In this document: piece by piece, positions 1-9,850 of the stretch
Position numbering within the stretch: position 1 is the stretch's first letter
Layout: every line of letters starts with the position of its first letter
DNA from: an uncultured Acidobacteriaceae bacterium
Lineage (GTDB): Bacteria; Acidobacteriota; Terriglobia; Terriglobales; Acidobacteriaceae
NCBI GenBank assembly: GCA_963829535.1
Contig: CAWHIQ010000001.1
Coordinates: 1,001,255-1,033,254 of the forward strand
Reading direction: 5' to 3'
Length of the DNA stretch: 32,000 bases
The notes under the pieces: generated by a model
What the model saw: only the letters and a program-made list of their open reading frames with translations
Told to the model about the DNA's origin: nothing
Databases searched by the model: none
Program-made: the position numbers and the translations under genes

Positions 1-1259
1 ACCAAGTCCGCACCGGTACCGGCATCGCCGAGATTGAGTTTGAAGACAACAGCTCGCTGCGCCTGGCGCCAAATTCAAGTGTGGAGTTTCCGAGCCTTGA
101 GCGCGAGTCAAGTGGCGCCACCATCTCCTCGGTGCACGTCATTAAAGGGACAGCTTACATCAGCCTGCTGAAACCGCAGAACAGCAAGGCGCCTGCGAAT
201 CGGTTTGAATTGATCTTCGGTGCGCGGAAGCTGAATCTCGATCCGGCAACACACGTTCGGCTGGAGCTCCAGGGCACCAAGGCCAAATTGGCTGTTCTTG
301 ATGGTGCGGTTCATGTGGCGGATGCAGACGGGCAAACGACGATTCCCAAAAAGAAAACCGCAACCTTTGATGTGTTTAACCAGGGCGAGCCCGTTGTCGC
401 CAAAGACGTTGATTCGACTCCATTCGACTCGTGGGATCATACGGCCGCCTCGTATCACTCCAATGTGGGGGCTTTCACTGCATTCAACTCACCGTATTCG
501 TATGGCCTGAGCGACATGTCATACTACGGGGGTTTTACGGACGCAGGCGGATGCGGCTCGATGTGGCGGCCATACTTTGCGAGCGCCGCCTGGAGTCCCT
601 ATGCGAACGGCTCGTGGGCGTGGTATCCCGGCGCGGGCTATTCCTGGGTGTCTCCGTATCCCTGGGCGTGGACTCCGTATCATTCCGGTTCGTGGGCGTA
701 CTGCGATAACGTCGGCTGGGGTTGGATGCCGGGCGGTGGATGGAATGGCCTCAATAACGTAGCCGCGCTCACGCCAGCCCAGAGCACTTTGACAGGAAAT
801 CCAATCGGCGGTCCGCGCGTTCCGGTTCATCCGCCTCTCCCGCATGCGCCTTCGATGATCGCAGTGAACACAAAGCCTATTGCTGCATCGGAGATTGCAT
901 CGCCAACGTCCTTTGTTTTCCGGAAAGACTCGGCAGGTTTGGGCGTGCCGCGGGAAACGCTCGGACATTTGAACAAGTTCTCGAACGAATCGATTAGCCA
1001 CGGCAGCGTGACGACGCGTATTTACACGAGCGTTCCGCTGACGGGAAGGGCTGATGGCCGTTTCACGACGACGGAGTCGTTGGCGACATCCGTTCATCGC
1101 GGCTACGCGCCATCGAGTTCGTCGTCCTCCCGGGATTCCTACAGCTCCTCGTTCGGCGGGTCAAATAGCGGCGCTGGATCGAGCAACACTCGTGCGACCC
1201 TGAGTTCGGCTCCGATGGCTCCCTCGGCACCTTCTTCCGGCGGTGGGGTTAGAAAATAG
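1..1259 (+). CDS. FecR-domain protein, 5' end outside the window; Trp/Tyr/Gly-rich middle and Ser-rich tail
   Basis: The frame of ORF 81..1259 stays open back to nt 3 (QVRTGTGIAEIEFEDNSSLRLAPNSSVEFPSL, a FecR-like signature), so the listed GTG is probably internal. Stop TAG is at 1257-1259. Confidence 0.6.
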   Translation, partial: QVRTGTGIAEIEFEDNSSLRLAPNSSVEFPSLERESSGATISSVHVIKGTAYISLLKPQNSKAPANRFELIFGARKLNLDPATHVRLELQGTKAKLAVLDGAVHVADADGQTTIPKKKTATFDVFNQGEPVVAKDVDSTPFDSWDHTAASYHSNVGAFTAFNSPYSYGLSDMSYYGGFTDAGGCGSMWRPYFASAAWSPYANGSWAWYPGAGYSWVSPYPWAWTPYHSGSWAYCDNVGWGWMPGGGWNGLNNVAALTPAQSTLTGNPIGGPRVPVHPPLPHAPSMIAVNTKPIAASEIASPTSFVFRKDSAGLGVPRETLGHLNKFSNESISHGSVTTRIYTSVPLTGRADGRFTTTESLATSVHRGYAPSSSSSSRDSYSSSFGGSNSGAGSSNTRATLSSAPMAPSAPSSGGGVRK

Positions 1260-1368
1260 CGGCAGTAGTTAGTGCTTAAGAGGCGCCCGTTGTGTTGCAT
1301 CCGTATTTCAGGTTGCGCGCACGACGGGCGTTTGTGTCACCGCCCGCCACCGAAGCGCCTCCGCATAT

Positions 1369-2619
1369 CTATGGCTCAGGTTGCGGCTGTAGTGAGGCAG
1401 TATCGGACGGATCCGCGCCAATGGCGAAGTCGGCGTCGGCTGAACTCCGGCTCATCACGGGATGTTGCGTGCGCACGCTTTGCGATACCTGCTGCGACAC
1501 GGAAGCGAAAACCTGGCTGAGTGGGGTGCGTCCCTTGCCCTTTTGCAATGCCTGCAGCAGGAAGTAGGTGAAGTAGCCGTGCTTCAGGTCAGGGCTCTCC
1601 AGGGACTCTTCATTCACGCCGGCAGCCGCGAGCACGATGCGACCCGTTCCATCGGCCATGTGCTTCAACATCTGCTCGGACGGTGCCGAGCTGGGAATTG
1701 GAGAAGCGGACGGAGTGCCAGACTTCACGGCCGCGCCGCTGTAACAGGTGTCGAGGATGACGGCTGTCCGCAGCGACTTCATGCGTGTCGCCACGGCGTT
1801 GGCCAACTCTACCATGGGGTACGCGGTGGCGTAGAGGGCGTCCTCGTTGATGCCGCTTCCACCGGAGATCTCGGTGTCATACGTGACCAGGTAGTTCGCT
1901 CCGCCGGTCGCGTCCAGGAAACGCGGCGTGCCGTGGGTTGCCATGTAGATCAGCACCAGGTCGTTGGGTTCAGCATGCCGCGCGATCCAGTTGAGCTCTT
2001 CCTTGATGTTCTTCGTTGTGGCTTGCTCATCGGTCAGAACATGAACGTTTGCCGGCGGGAAGCGCCCGATACTGGGGTCTTTGAGCGCATCGGCAATTCC
2101 GCTCGCATCCGCGGTCGTATACCGGAGCGCGGGAACGCTGTGGTCTGCGAACCGGCTGATGCCGATGACGAGTGCCCACTTCTGCTTGACGGGGCCGACA
2201 CGAACATTCGATCGAGCGTCCGGGCTTTCCGATCCAGGCACTGCAGAGAGACCGCGGCTTGCAGGAGTGGAAAGAACCAGCGGATTCAATCCCTGTTGCA
2301 GCGCTTCTGAGCTGTTGAGGCGGGCCTTGTCGATTGCGTATTTGGCCAGGGATTCGTGGCCAAGCCGTTTCTCCACGAGGCTTCGGTAATACCACGCATC
2401 GCCAAGTTCGGGGCACTCCGAGACCGCATGCTTTAGCAACTGGAGAGCATCTTCAAATAAATCGTTGCTGCTCTGCGGTGTGATCCGCTCCAGTGCCTGC
2501 ACGACGAGATCCTTGCCGGCGCCGCAGCGGTCATCCTGTGCAGTTGCGGAAGTACAGGCGCCAAGCAACAGGATCGGCAGAGCGATTTGAAGTCGTCCGA
2601 TTCTCCCGGTCCGGATCAT
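1369..2619 (-). CDS. Caspase-family (peptidase C14) lipoprotein with an N-terminal TPR-like region
   Basis: 416-aa ORF with a lipobox signal (ILLLGAC). The caspase His/Cys dyad context is present (LIYMATHGTP ... AVILDTCYSGA), preceded by KWALVIGISRF. Its ATG overlaps the upstream gene's stop by 4 bp (ATGA at 2616-2619). Confidence 0.85.
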   Translation of the reverse strand: MIRTGRIGRLQIALPILLLGACTSATAQDDRCGAGKDLVVQALERITPQSSNDLFEDALQLLKHAVSECPELGDAWYYRSLVEKRLGHESLAKYAIDKARLNSSEALQQGLNPLVLSTPASRGLSAVPGSESPDARSNVRVGPVKQKWALVIGISRFADHSVPALRYTTADASGIADALKDPSIGRFPPANVHVLTDEQATTKNIKEELNWIARHAEPNDLVLIYMATHGTPRFLDATGGANYLVTYDTEISGGSGINEDALYATAYPMVELANAVATRMKSLRTAVILDTCYSGAAVKSGTPSASPIPSSAPSEQMLKHMADGTGRIVLAAAGVNEESLESPDLKHGYFTYFLLQALQKGKGRTPLSQVFASVSQQVSQSVRTQHPVMSRSSADADFAIGADPSDTASLQPQPEP

Positions 2620-3896
2620 TTTTCCGCCAGGGTTTTGCGCGCGGCTCGCACTTTCATGGCTTTGAGGACCTGGTCGCTGACGCCATTCGTCGAAAGGGCT
2701 TGAAGCCCAGATGTGCTCAAGTCAAAGCGAGCAAGCTTTGCGGTGCGGATCGCCTGCGCAACTGTGTCATCATCGAGCCCGGCCTTGACCATCGCAATCA
2801 CTTTTTCATTGGTTAGGGGTTTGGGTTCGCTCGGTTTGGCGTTCGACGCGGCAGAGGCAGGGAGTGATTTGTTGGTGGCGGCGCGCGCTCTTTCGTTCTC
2901 CTCGTTTTCGAGTCTCTTGTAGTGGGCAAGCGCGGTTTCAATTCGTTTCTGAGGCTCGAGGAAATACTTCTCCGACGGCTTGGCGTCGATCGCCTTTCCG
3001 TAGTTGATCGCCGCTTCATCGAGGAACTTCATGGCCGCCTTCTGGTCTTCGGTTTTGTAGGCCAGAGCTTCGTATGCCACTCCGATGTTGTAGAGGCGAT
3101 AAGCATCATCCTCCGGCTTGGGGAGTTGCGGAGCGGTCTCATACGTCTCCAGGGCGCGCTGCCACAGTCCCGCAGTGGCTTCCTTGTCGCCCTCATCAAG
3201 CGGTCCTTTCTGCTTGGCAAGAAAAACTTCGAGGGTCTCGCTGGTATTCACGACGTGAGAGGCGATTTGACGAACGACATCATTCACCAGACGCGAACGC
3301 AATTCCGCATCTGTCGGCGGACCTGTTTGCTCGTTGCCGGCGCTGCCGGTGATCTTCTTCCAGCTATTGGACATGGAATTCAAGATCCCGTGAGTGAGGT
3401 CGTTACCGGCGCCATCGAAGGTCACATCGTACTTTGCGGTTACGTTGTCAGAGATCAGCGTTTGCCCGCCCCCAGTCCTGGCCTGAAACGAGACGCTGAG
3501 TGAGCCGGTGATGCGCGTATTCGTCTGAGTCTTGGCTGCATTTTTGCCGATGCCAAGCGCCGGCTGCGTGGTGGTGATTGGTCGCGGATGGGAGTAATCG
3601 GTGATCTCGCAGAGAACGATGGAAGATGGATTGATTTCGGTGGTGGTCAAGCGAGGATTGTTCTTGAGGAGTTCCGTTTCGAGTTGAGCCTCGAGATCGG
3701 GCGCGAGGGCAGCGTCTTCTTTATGAGCTGTCACTTTGACTTTGATTGTGTTGCCGCTGAGATGCGCTAGAGCCGGGAGTTTACGTTGCAGCACCACCTT
3801 TTCCTTGGCGGCGCCAAAACTCTGTGCATGCGTGGCAATTGAATAAAGCGAAAGAAGAGCGAGGCAACCGAGCAGTGCGAGCGATTTGGTTCTCAT
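2616..3896 (-). CDS. Secreted hypothetical protein with a TPR-like segment and tandem C-terminal helical repeats; co-operonic with the caspase
   Basis: The start at ATG 3896 gives a classic signal peptide (MRTKSLALLGCLALLSLYSIATHAQS). The ORF is open to 3971, an alternative start. The C-terminus has duplicated motifs (VIAMVKAGLDDDTVAQAI / LSTNGVSDQVLKAM). Confidence 0.7.
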   Translation of the reverse strand: MRTKSLALLGCLALLSLYSIATHAQSFGAAKEKVVLQRKLPALAHLSGNTIKVKVTAHKEDAALAPDLEAQLETELLKNNPRLTTTEINPSSIVLCEITDYSHPRPITTTQPALGIGKNAAKTQTNTRITGSLSVSFQARTGGGQTLISDNVTAKYDVTFDGAGNDLTHGILNSMSNSWKKITGSAGNEQTGPPTDAELRSRLVNDVVRQIASHVVNTSETLEVFLAKQKGPLDEGDKEATAGLWQRALETYETAPQLPKPEDDAYRLYNIGVAYEALAYKTEDQKAAMKFLDEAAINYGKAIDAKPSEKYFLEPQKRIETALAHYKRLENEENERARAATNKSLPASAASNAKPSEPKPLTNEKVIAMVKAGLDDDTVAQAIRTAKLARFDLSTSGLQALSTNGVSDQVLKAMKVRAARKTLAEK

Positions 3897-4284
3897 TTTT
3901 TGCAACCCCCCAGGGTCGTTGAATCCGATTCGTGCCTTCCGCAGATCGAGATAAGCCGGTAGTCGACCCATTTACGAACGTGGCCGATTGGCTAGCCGTT
4001 CCGACCATCATGGCCGAAGGTCCACGGGGCGAATTCTGCCAAATTTCGATTCGCGCTCCTATGCTGGGACAGTTGTTCACGCTCGCATGCTTTTCGGAGT
4101 GGGGAGCTTCCGGAAGAAAGAACGCGCGCTTGGACTGCCGTCTATCGGGCCTCCGACGAGGAGTTTTGTAAGGGTAAAGCGAATGAGAAAGAGAATGCAA
4201 CAGGAATTGGGTAACCTGTCTCAGGCAAGAAATTGACGTTAAGACGCGGACAAACCGTGGGAATCGGCGAAAATAAATAGAGAC

Positions 4285-5619
4285 ATGGTGAAGAGCTTCT
4301 TTGGGTTTGATTGGTGCGCAGATTATGCGTACGTGGGCCGGATTCTGGCAATCGCTGCAGTGTTATCAACTTCGGCAGCGCAGGGTCAGCTATTCGGGCA
4401 TCATCCAAAGGATGCCAAGGACGCCGCCCCGGCCGAACCAGCGAGACCCGAACATCCAGCGTCGCAGCCGGCCGCATTCACCATCCCCGTCGAACCACTG
4501 GGTTTTTTTGCACCCGGCGCCATCTATCAAGGCCAACGCGAAAGCCTCGTCTCGCTGGATTTTTTAGATGAAGACCATATCCTGTTTACGTTTCACGCGC
4601 CGGGTCTGATCCGTCGTGAAGGCAATCCAGCGGCGGATAATGAACGCCAGATTCGCGCAATCGTGCTTGCCCTCCCAACCGGCACGGTAAATGCCGAGGC
4701 TCTGTGGACGGTGCATGACCGGGGCCGCTACCTGTGGATGTTGAATGGCGGGCATTTCCTGCTGCGCGATCAGCACGATTTGCGGCTTGGGGATGATTCG
4801 CTGGAACTGAAGCCTTCGTTACAGTTTCAGGGTCCGGTGTTATGGCTGGAGATGGATCCGGCACAGGATCTGGTTGCCACTGATTCGCGCGAGCCGGTGG
4901 GTTCAAAGCCGCAGCCGGGCACGGTGCCGAGCCCCGCGACAGCTTCAGCCTGGATTACGTCGGATGAGGTGAAGTCGTACGCGCAGCCCGACATCGTCCT
5001 TCGTATCGTGCGACGTGCCACCGGCCAGGTGATGCTTGTCAGCCGCACGCGAACGACAGTGCATCTGCCGATCAACTCCGAGGGGCTCGTCGAGACCCTT
5101 CGCGGCAAGGGTCATGAATGGGTACTGAACCTGCACTACTTCAACGGTGGCAATCGCGTCATGGGAAGCCTCGACTCGATGTGTGCTCCATCAGTTGAGT
5201 TTGTATCGAATCCAGAGATTCTGGTCACCACCTGCAATCCCGACAGCAGCCGCTGGATGGTCGCGATGTCGACCGATGGCAAGCGCCTGTGGAATGCCGC
5301 CAAGCCGCCAACCCAGATTTGGCCACGCTTGATTATGGCGCCCAACGGGCTGCGTCTTGCCCGGGAAACTCTTCTCGTGACGCATGCAATAGACACCTTT
5401 GCGCCGCTCAGCTTTGACGATGTGAAAGGCCAGCTGGTTGAGGTTTACGATGCCATCACCGGGAAAGTGGATTTGACTGCGTCTGCCAGTCCGGTACTGG
5501 ATGGCGGCGGAAACGTTGCTATTTCCCCCTCCGCACGGAGAGTAGCCGTTCTTGATGCCGGCGCCATCCAAGTGTATGAACTGCCGGCGCCTGCACCTGG
5601 ATTACCCACGGTGCAGTGA
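4285..5619 (+). CDS. Hypothetical secreted protein
   Basis: 444-aa ORF with a hydrophobic N-terminal signal-like segment (ILAIAAVLSTSAAQGQ). I recognise no catalytic motif. Confidence 0.6.
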   Translation: MVKSFFGFDWCADYAYVGRILAIAAVLSTSAAQGQLFGHHPKDAKDAAPAEPARPEHPASQPAAFTIPVEPLGFFAPGAIYQGQRESLVSLDFLDEDHILFTFHAPGLIRREGNPAADNERQIRAIVLALPTGTVNAEALWTVHDRGRYLWMLNGGHFLLRDQHDLRLGDDSLELKPSLQFQGPVLWLEMDPAQDLVATDSREPVGSKPQPGTVPSPATASAWITSDEVKSYAQPDIVLRIVRRATGQVMLVSRTRTTVHLPINSEGLVETLRGKGHEWVLNLHYFNGGNRVMGSLDSMCAPSVEFVSNPEILVTTCNPDSSRWMVAMSTDGKRLWNAAKPPTQIWPRLIMAPNGLRLARETLLVTHAIDTFAPLSFDDVKGQLVEVYDAITGKVDLTASASPVLDGGGNVAISPSARRVAVLDAGAIQVYELPAPAPGLPTVQ

Positions 5620-5702
5620 GTCGTTTGGGGTATTCAGGGTTTGCTGCAGACGTGTAGACTTGCCTGCGGAGGTTTTTCTTGGCCACGGCTGTCGTCCGGT
5701 AT

Positions 5703-6422
5703 ATGGCTGCTGCGGTCTCCGACCGCGGGCGCAAGCGCCCTTCGAACGAGGATGCCTACGGCTTCTCGGTCGAGGCAGGTGTTTACCTGGTATGCGACGG
5801 TATGGGCGGCGCTGCCGCGGGTGAAATTGCCAGCACGATCGCAGTGGACGAGTTCCTTCGCCTGTTGACTCACCGCAATCCTGAAAATGGTGTTCCGCTT
5901 CCCGATGCAGCTCAGAATGCGATCTGTGCCGCGAACGAAGCCATCTATTCGCGTGCGCAACGGAATCACCGCCTGAGCGGCATGGGCACAACCCTGGTGG
6001 CGCTGGCCGCCCGGGAACAACATGTATGGGTGCTGAATATCGGGGACAGCCGCTGTTATCGCTTTCGCAAGGGCCGGCTGGAGCAGCTTACCCACGACCA
6101 CTCGCTAGTGGAAGAGCAGGTGCGGCTGGGCCGGATGACTCCGCGCGAAGCTTTGCATTCCCCTTTAAAGAATGTGATTACCCGCGCCCTCGGAACACAA
6201 TCGCAAGTGACGCCGGACATCTTTGAACTCGAAGCGGAACCCGGCGACCTGTTCCTGCTTTGCTCCGATGGACTGACCCGCGAACTGGCTGATTCGGCTA
6301 TCCAGACATTGCTGACCGAAGATCTCTCGCTGGAAGCGCTCTCCGCGCGGCTGGTGGAAGCGGCCAAGAAAGCCGGCGGCCACGATAACATCACGTGCCT
6401 GCTGGTGCGCGCCCAGGCTTAG
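5703..6422 (+). CDS. PP2C-family Ser/Thr protein phosphatase
   Basis: PP2C motifs are present: RPSNEDAY, VCDGMGG, GMGTTLV, NIGDSRCY, LLCSDGLT, GGHDNITCLLV. ATG 5703 gives the typical short N-terminus; the ORF opens at TTG 5679. Confidence 0.9.
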   Translation: MAAAVSDRGRKRPSNEDAYGFSVEAGVYLVCDGMGGAAAGEIASTIAVDEFLRLLTHRNPENGVPLPDAAQNAICAANEAIYSRAQRNHRLSGMGTTLVALAAREQHVWVLNIGDSRCYRFRKGRLEQLTHDHSLVEEQVRLGRMTPREALHSPLKNVITRALGTQSQVTPDIFELEAEPGDLFLLCSDGLTRELADSAIQTLLTEDLSLEALSARLVEAAKKAGGHDNITCLLVRAQA

Positions 6423-6433
6423 CGGAACCGGCT

Positions 6434-6838
6434 CTAGCGGCAATGTTCCGGGTTGCTTTGACAAAGCAGGCCGGAGATTGCATCCAACATCACCGTTGGA
6501 TGGATTGGCTTAGCCAGGATTTCGAATTCATGACCTTCGCTTCTGGCTTTTTGCATGAGTCCCTCGGCCGAGGGCTGCCCGGAAAATAGTAGAACGTGAC
6601 ATTCGACGAAGCGACTCTTCAGTTCAACGGCGAAGTCTACTCCGTTCATCTCCGGGAGCATCACGTCGAGGATGGCAAGATGCGGGGACCATTGCGAGAT
6701 GGTCTGCAGCGCGGCTTCCGCCGAATAGGCGACGCGAATGTCGTAGCCGCTAGACGAAAGGATTTTCCCCAACGTATCCGCGACCACTTTCTCGTCTTCA
6801 ACGAGGAGAATCCTTCTTTCTCCCCCGTATGCAGGCAT
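6434..6838 (-). CDS. Single-domain response regulator (CheY-like receiver)
   Basis: Receiver signature: RILLVEDE ... LAILDVMLPEMNG ... ILAKP. The start was chosen at ATG 6838 (MPAYGGERRILLVEDE). The longer ORF to 7150 adds a non-receiver extension. Confidence 0.85.
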   Translation of the reverse strand: MPAYGGERRILLVEDEKVVADTLGKILSSSGYDIRVAYSAEAALQTISQWSPHLAILDVMLPEMNGVDFAVELKSRFVECHVLLFSGQPSAEGLMQKARSEGHEFEILAKPIHPTVMLDAISGLLCQSNPEHCR

Positions 6839-7306
6839 AAATGGCCTCTCTCGTGGGGAGATTGCGTGCCGCCCACTGCTGCTGTGAAGGATGCGGCGTC
6901 GCGCAAGGGGGGTTGGTTGTCCGACGCTCAACAAATGCAAGCATGTCGAGAGTAAAGAAGCTTGCAGCACGGCCGATTGGAATTCAGAACAGCTGAGGAT
7001 TGGACGGTCTGATCGCTCAGCACCGTTCCGGGGTTTGACAGCAGTTCCGATCGAAGTTGCCGGCCGGTCCGGAAAGCGTTTGAGCAGGTAGAAACACCAG
7101 GTGCGCGGGGCTCCGGTACTTACTTTTTGCCTTCCGGTAATGGAAGCCAATTACTGTTTTGCTGGTTTGCCTATCTCGAAGGTGCGAAGCTAAGCTATTC
7201 AATCTGCGTTATTTGTGTCGCTTCATGTCTATAGTAGACAGCATAGCGTTCGAGCATCAATCGCGGTGATCGAGCAAGTGGATCGAACCGCAATTGGGGG
7301 GAGACT

Positions 7307-7606
7307 ATGCCGGCACAGAAGCGTCAAAGCCGCGTCAAAACAAGCCACACAGATTCAATCTCCACCCACGTCAACGATGGTCAATCTCGTGCGGGTCTTC
7401 CGTCGAGTTTTGGCGAAAGCGTTCAACAGGAAATGCCATTTCCAGCTGCGTCGTGCCACCTCTTCGAGCATACCCAGCAGACGCAGGTTCCATTGCCTGA
7501 GCGCTTTCCACGGCTTACGCTTTTGGCGATCGCCGTCGCTGTACTTGCTTCGGCACTTGCGGCGGAGTTCGATTATTTGCGCGGTGCAGGTTATTACTGG
7601 CCTTGA
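7307..7606 (+). CDS. Hypothetical small membrane protein (weak call)
   Basis: 99-aa ORF preceded by GGGGGAG 5 nt upstream of the ATG. It has one hydrophobic helix (LTLLAIAVAVLASALAA). No homology is recognisable. Confidence 0.3.
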   Translation: MPAQKRQSRVKTSHTDSISTHVNDGQSRAGLPSSFGESVQQEMPFPAASCHLFEHTQQTQVPLPERFPRLTLLAIAVAVLASALAAEFDYLRGAGYYWP

Positions 7607-7909
7607 AATGGGGATTCATTTGATCGCAGATAGAACAGGCAATGTTGCTGCGACATTCAGTAGACTCGCGCCCGCTGCGGTGAGCCGCGTTGCCGCGGTG
7701 ACGCGAACAGAACGGGTCCCGGAAAGTTGTGAGTCAAGCTTTTTGCTGGACTGGCTCGCCGGCGGTGAGGCGTGTCAGAGAAATATCCAGGGGTTTTCCT
7801 TCAGATTTGAGGCTCTGAACTCCGTCGTCGCGAGTTGAGCGAAAAACACTATCGGGCCAAAATGAGCTTGCCGGCGCCGCCCCGGATGTGGGGTCACTTC
7901 AGCAACTTC

Positions 7910-7986
7910 TGGTCGGGGCGGAGGGATTCGAACCCCCGACCCTCTGCTCCCAAAGCAGATGCGCTACCAGACTGCGCTACGCCCCG
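7910..7986 (-). tRNA. tRNA-Pro (anticodon TGG)
   Basis: The reverse complement folds as a cloverleaf: acceptor CGGGGCG/CGCCCCG, anticodon loop TTTGGGA, T-loop GGTTCGAAT, encoded CCA. Confidence 0.9.
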
Positions 7987-8044
7987 ACGTGTTCTTTGAT
8001 TGTATCGCGGAACGGCTTGGCCTCCCATCGTTCAGATCTCAGGT

Positions 8045-8593
8045 TCACGGGTGAATGAGCCATTCAATGAGCCAGAGTAGAAGCACGATAGGAATGGCGA
8101 AAACAAGTCCAATCACACACGCGAGCGCGAGGAGAAACACCCAGTCCTTCCAGGTATGACGACGCGGCTCCCCGAGATGGCGCTGCAAAAGCCGGTAGTT
8201 GCGACTGTTCGTTTTCCACCCGATGTCGAAGGCGTCCCCCAGAACCGGAATTGAGCCGACAAGGACACTGATGCAGAGGTTTGCAGCCATGCGAACGATG
8301 GTGATATAGGGAACGCCGCGCACCCACGCGGCGATGGGAATGATCAACGAGAGCAGTCCCGCGATTACGTCTCCGATGCCCGGGACAAGGCCGATCATAC
8401 CGTCAACGCCGAACCGAATCCGCGTGAAGGGAATGCGGAAGGCTTCGTCGAGCAGATATTCCAACTTGCGCAGCGTCTCATCGCTGAAGAGCCCTGTGCC
8501 GCGGCTCCAGCGGCCGGGTGGGATGACAACGCCTTTGACGTCGGGGGAAGCCGACCGGTTGAAACGCGGCGATTTGGCTTTAGAATCCGGCAT
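8045..8593 (-). CDS. DUF4112-family membrane protein
   Basis: 182-aa ORF with the characteristic FRIPFTRIRFGVDGMIGLVPGIGDVIAGLLSL ... GDAFDIGWKTNSRN block. Confidence 0.8.
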   Translation of the reverse strand: MPDSKAKSPRFNRSASPDVKGVVIPPGRWSRGTGLFSDETLRKLEYLLDEAFRIPFTRIRFGVDGMIGLVPGIGDVIAGLLSLIIPIAAWVRGVPYITIVRMAANLCISVLVGSIPVLGDAFDIGWKTNSRNYRLLQRHLGEPRRHTWKDWVFLLALACVIGLVFAIPIVLLLWLIEWLIHP

Positions 8594-8655
8594 CAGGCGG
8601 CTTGTGAGGCGGGCTTCGGTCCTACTTGTTCGATGCTACAATCGTAAGGGTACGT

Positions 8656-8731
8656 GGCGGCTATAGTTCAGCGGCAGAACGCCTGACTGTGGCTCAGGAT
8701 GTCGAGGGTTCGATCCCCTCTAGCCGCCCCA
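8656..8731 (+). tRNA. tRNA-His (anticodon GTG)
   Basis: G-1 pairs with C73 (G+GCGGCTA ... TAGCCGC+C+CCA). Anticodon arm is CCTGA-CTGTGGC-TCAGG and the T-loop is GGTTCGATC. Confidence 0.9.
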
Positions 8732-8824
8732 ATATTCATAGTCCAAAGCCCTGGGTAGTCGGACTTTCGAGCATCCGTGAGCCCTCAATCTCCCCAAAAT
8801 GAAATCCACGCCGACGCAGCCGAA

Positions 8825-9850
8825 ATGTTGAAGGCTGGGCTGCGCCCATTCGAGCCGCGCCGGGGATTGAGAAACGGACATCTGCAAACCATTTTTGGCA
8901 ATTATCTGCCGAGACCAGCGTTTCTCTGTCCTTCGGTGGCCGAACTGGTGGAAGTCGATGCTGCAGATGGCAGCCGGGTGAAGTGCTTCTGCAATTGGCA
9001 GCCGGAGCCGGTGCGTGCAGACCGCCTGACGGCGATCCTGGTGCACGGGCTCGAAGGCTCGTCGGAATCGCGTTACATCAAGGGAATCACAGCCAGAGCA
9101 TGGGAAGCAGGATTCAACGTCGTGCGCATGAATATGCGCAATTGCGGCGACACCGACGAACTGACGCCGACGCTGTATCACTCCGGATTGTCATCGGATG
9201 TTGCAGCGGTGATGCGCCATTACGCCGGACGATTTGGGCTGGAGCGTGTAGCGCTGATTGGCTACTCGATGGGTGGCAACCTGGTGCTCAAGCTGGCTGG
9301 CGAGTGGGGCAGCGGGGCGCCTCTGTGCGCGGTTGCCACCGTGTGTCCGGCGATCGACCTGGCGGCAGGCTCTGCCGCATTGCACGAGCCCGTAAATCGA
9401 GGCTATGAATGGCATTTCCTGCGCGGGTTGATGCGGCGATACCGTCGGAAGGTTGCGCTCTTCCCCCATATCTACGCGACGGACGGCGTAGGCCCCATTC
9501 GGTCGTTGCGACAGTTTGACGACACGATTGTGGCCCGTTACTGCGGCTTTCGCGACGCCGACGATTACTACTACCGGGCAGCGAGCGCACGCGTCGTGGA
9601 CAAGATTGAAGTCCCCACTCTGATCATTCGTGCGTTGGATGACCCTTTCGTTCGGATGTTGCGGGAGACCCGCGCCGCACTGCTTGCAAATCCCAACATT
9701 CTGTTGGTCGAGACTCAGCATGGAGGGCATTGCGCTTACCTCTCGCGTGACCGGGGCGACGACATTCATTGGGCTGAAGCCAGCATCATCCGCTACCTGA
9801 TGCAGTTTGCCGGTGCGACGGAAGCGGCCGCCACTTTGCATGGAAGCTGA
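8825..9850 (+). CDS. Alpha/beta-fold hydrolase (YheT-like)
   Basis: LVHGLEGSSESRYI (oxyanion region) and the nucleophile elbow GYSMGGN, with a C-terminal His region (TQHGGHCAY). The ORF opens at GTG 8777; ATG 8825 is the alternative used here. Confidence 0.8.
   Translation: MLKAGLRPFEPRRGLRNGHLQTIFGNYLPRPAFLCPSVAELVEVDAADGSRVKCFCNWQPEPVRADRLTAILVHGLEGSSESRYIKGITARAWEAGFNVVRMNMRNCGDTDELTPTLYHSGLSSDVAAVMRHYAGRFGLERVALIGYSMGGNLVLKLAGEWGSGAPLCAVATVCPAIDLAAGSAALHEPVNRGYEWHFLRGLMRRYRRKVALFPHIYATDGVGPIRSLRQFDDTIVARYCGFRDADDYYYRAASARVVDKIEVPTLIIRALDDPFVRMLRETRAALLANPNILLVETQHGGHCAYLSRDRGDDIHWAEASIIRYLMQFAGATEAAATLHGS

Noticed and set aside
519-1097. 192-aa antisense ORF (and other overlapping ORFs at 108-762) inside the FecR-like gene
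   Set aside because: These are Arg/Pro-rich shadow ORFs of the kind expected opposite a high-GC, Trp/Gly-rich coding frame. The sense frame carries the recognisable domain.
1462-2310. 282-aa + strand ORF overlapping the caspase gene
   Set aside because: It lies antisense to a gene with a clear catalytic dyad and signal peptide, and has no motifs or RBS. It is a typical GC-rich shadow ORF.
6839-7150. N-terminal 104-aa extension of the response-regulator ORF
   Set aside because: The extension has no receiver or other domain features. ATG 6838 gives the canonical receiver N-terminus.
7215-7838. 207-aa GTG-initiated ORF between the response regulator and tRNA-Pro
   Set aside because: It has no RBS and no recognisable motifs, its composition is Arg/Ser-rich, and it overlaps the somewhat better 7307..7606 candidate in another frame.
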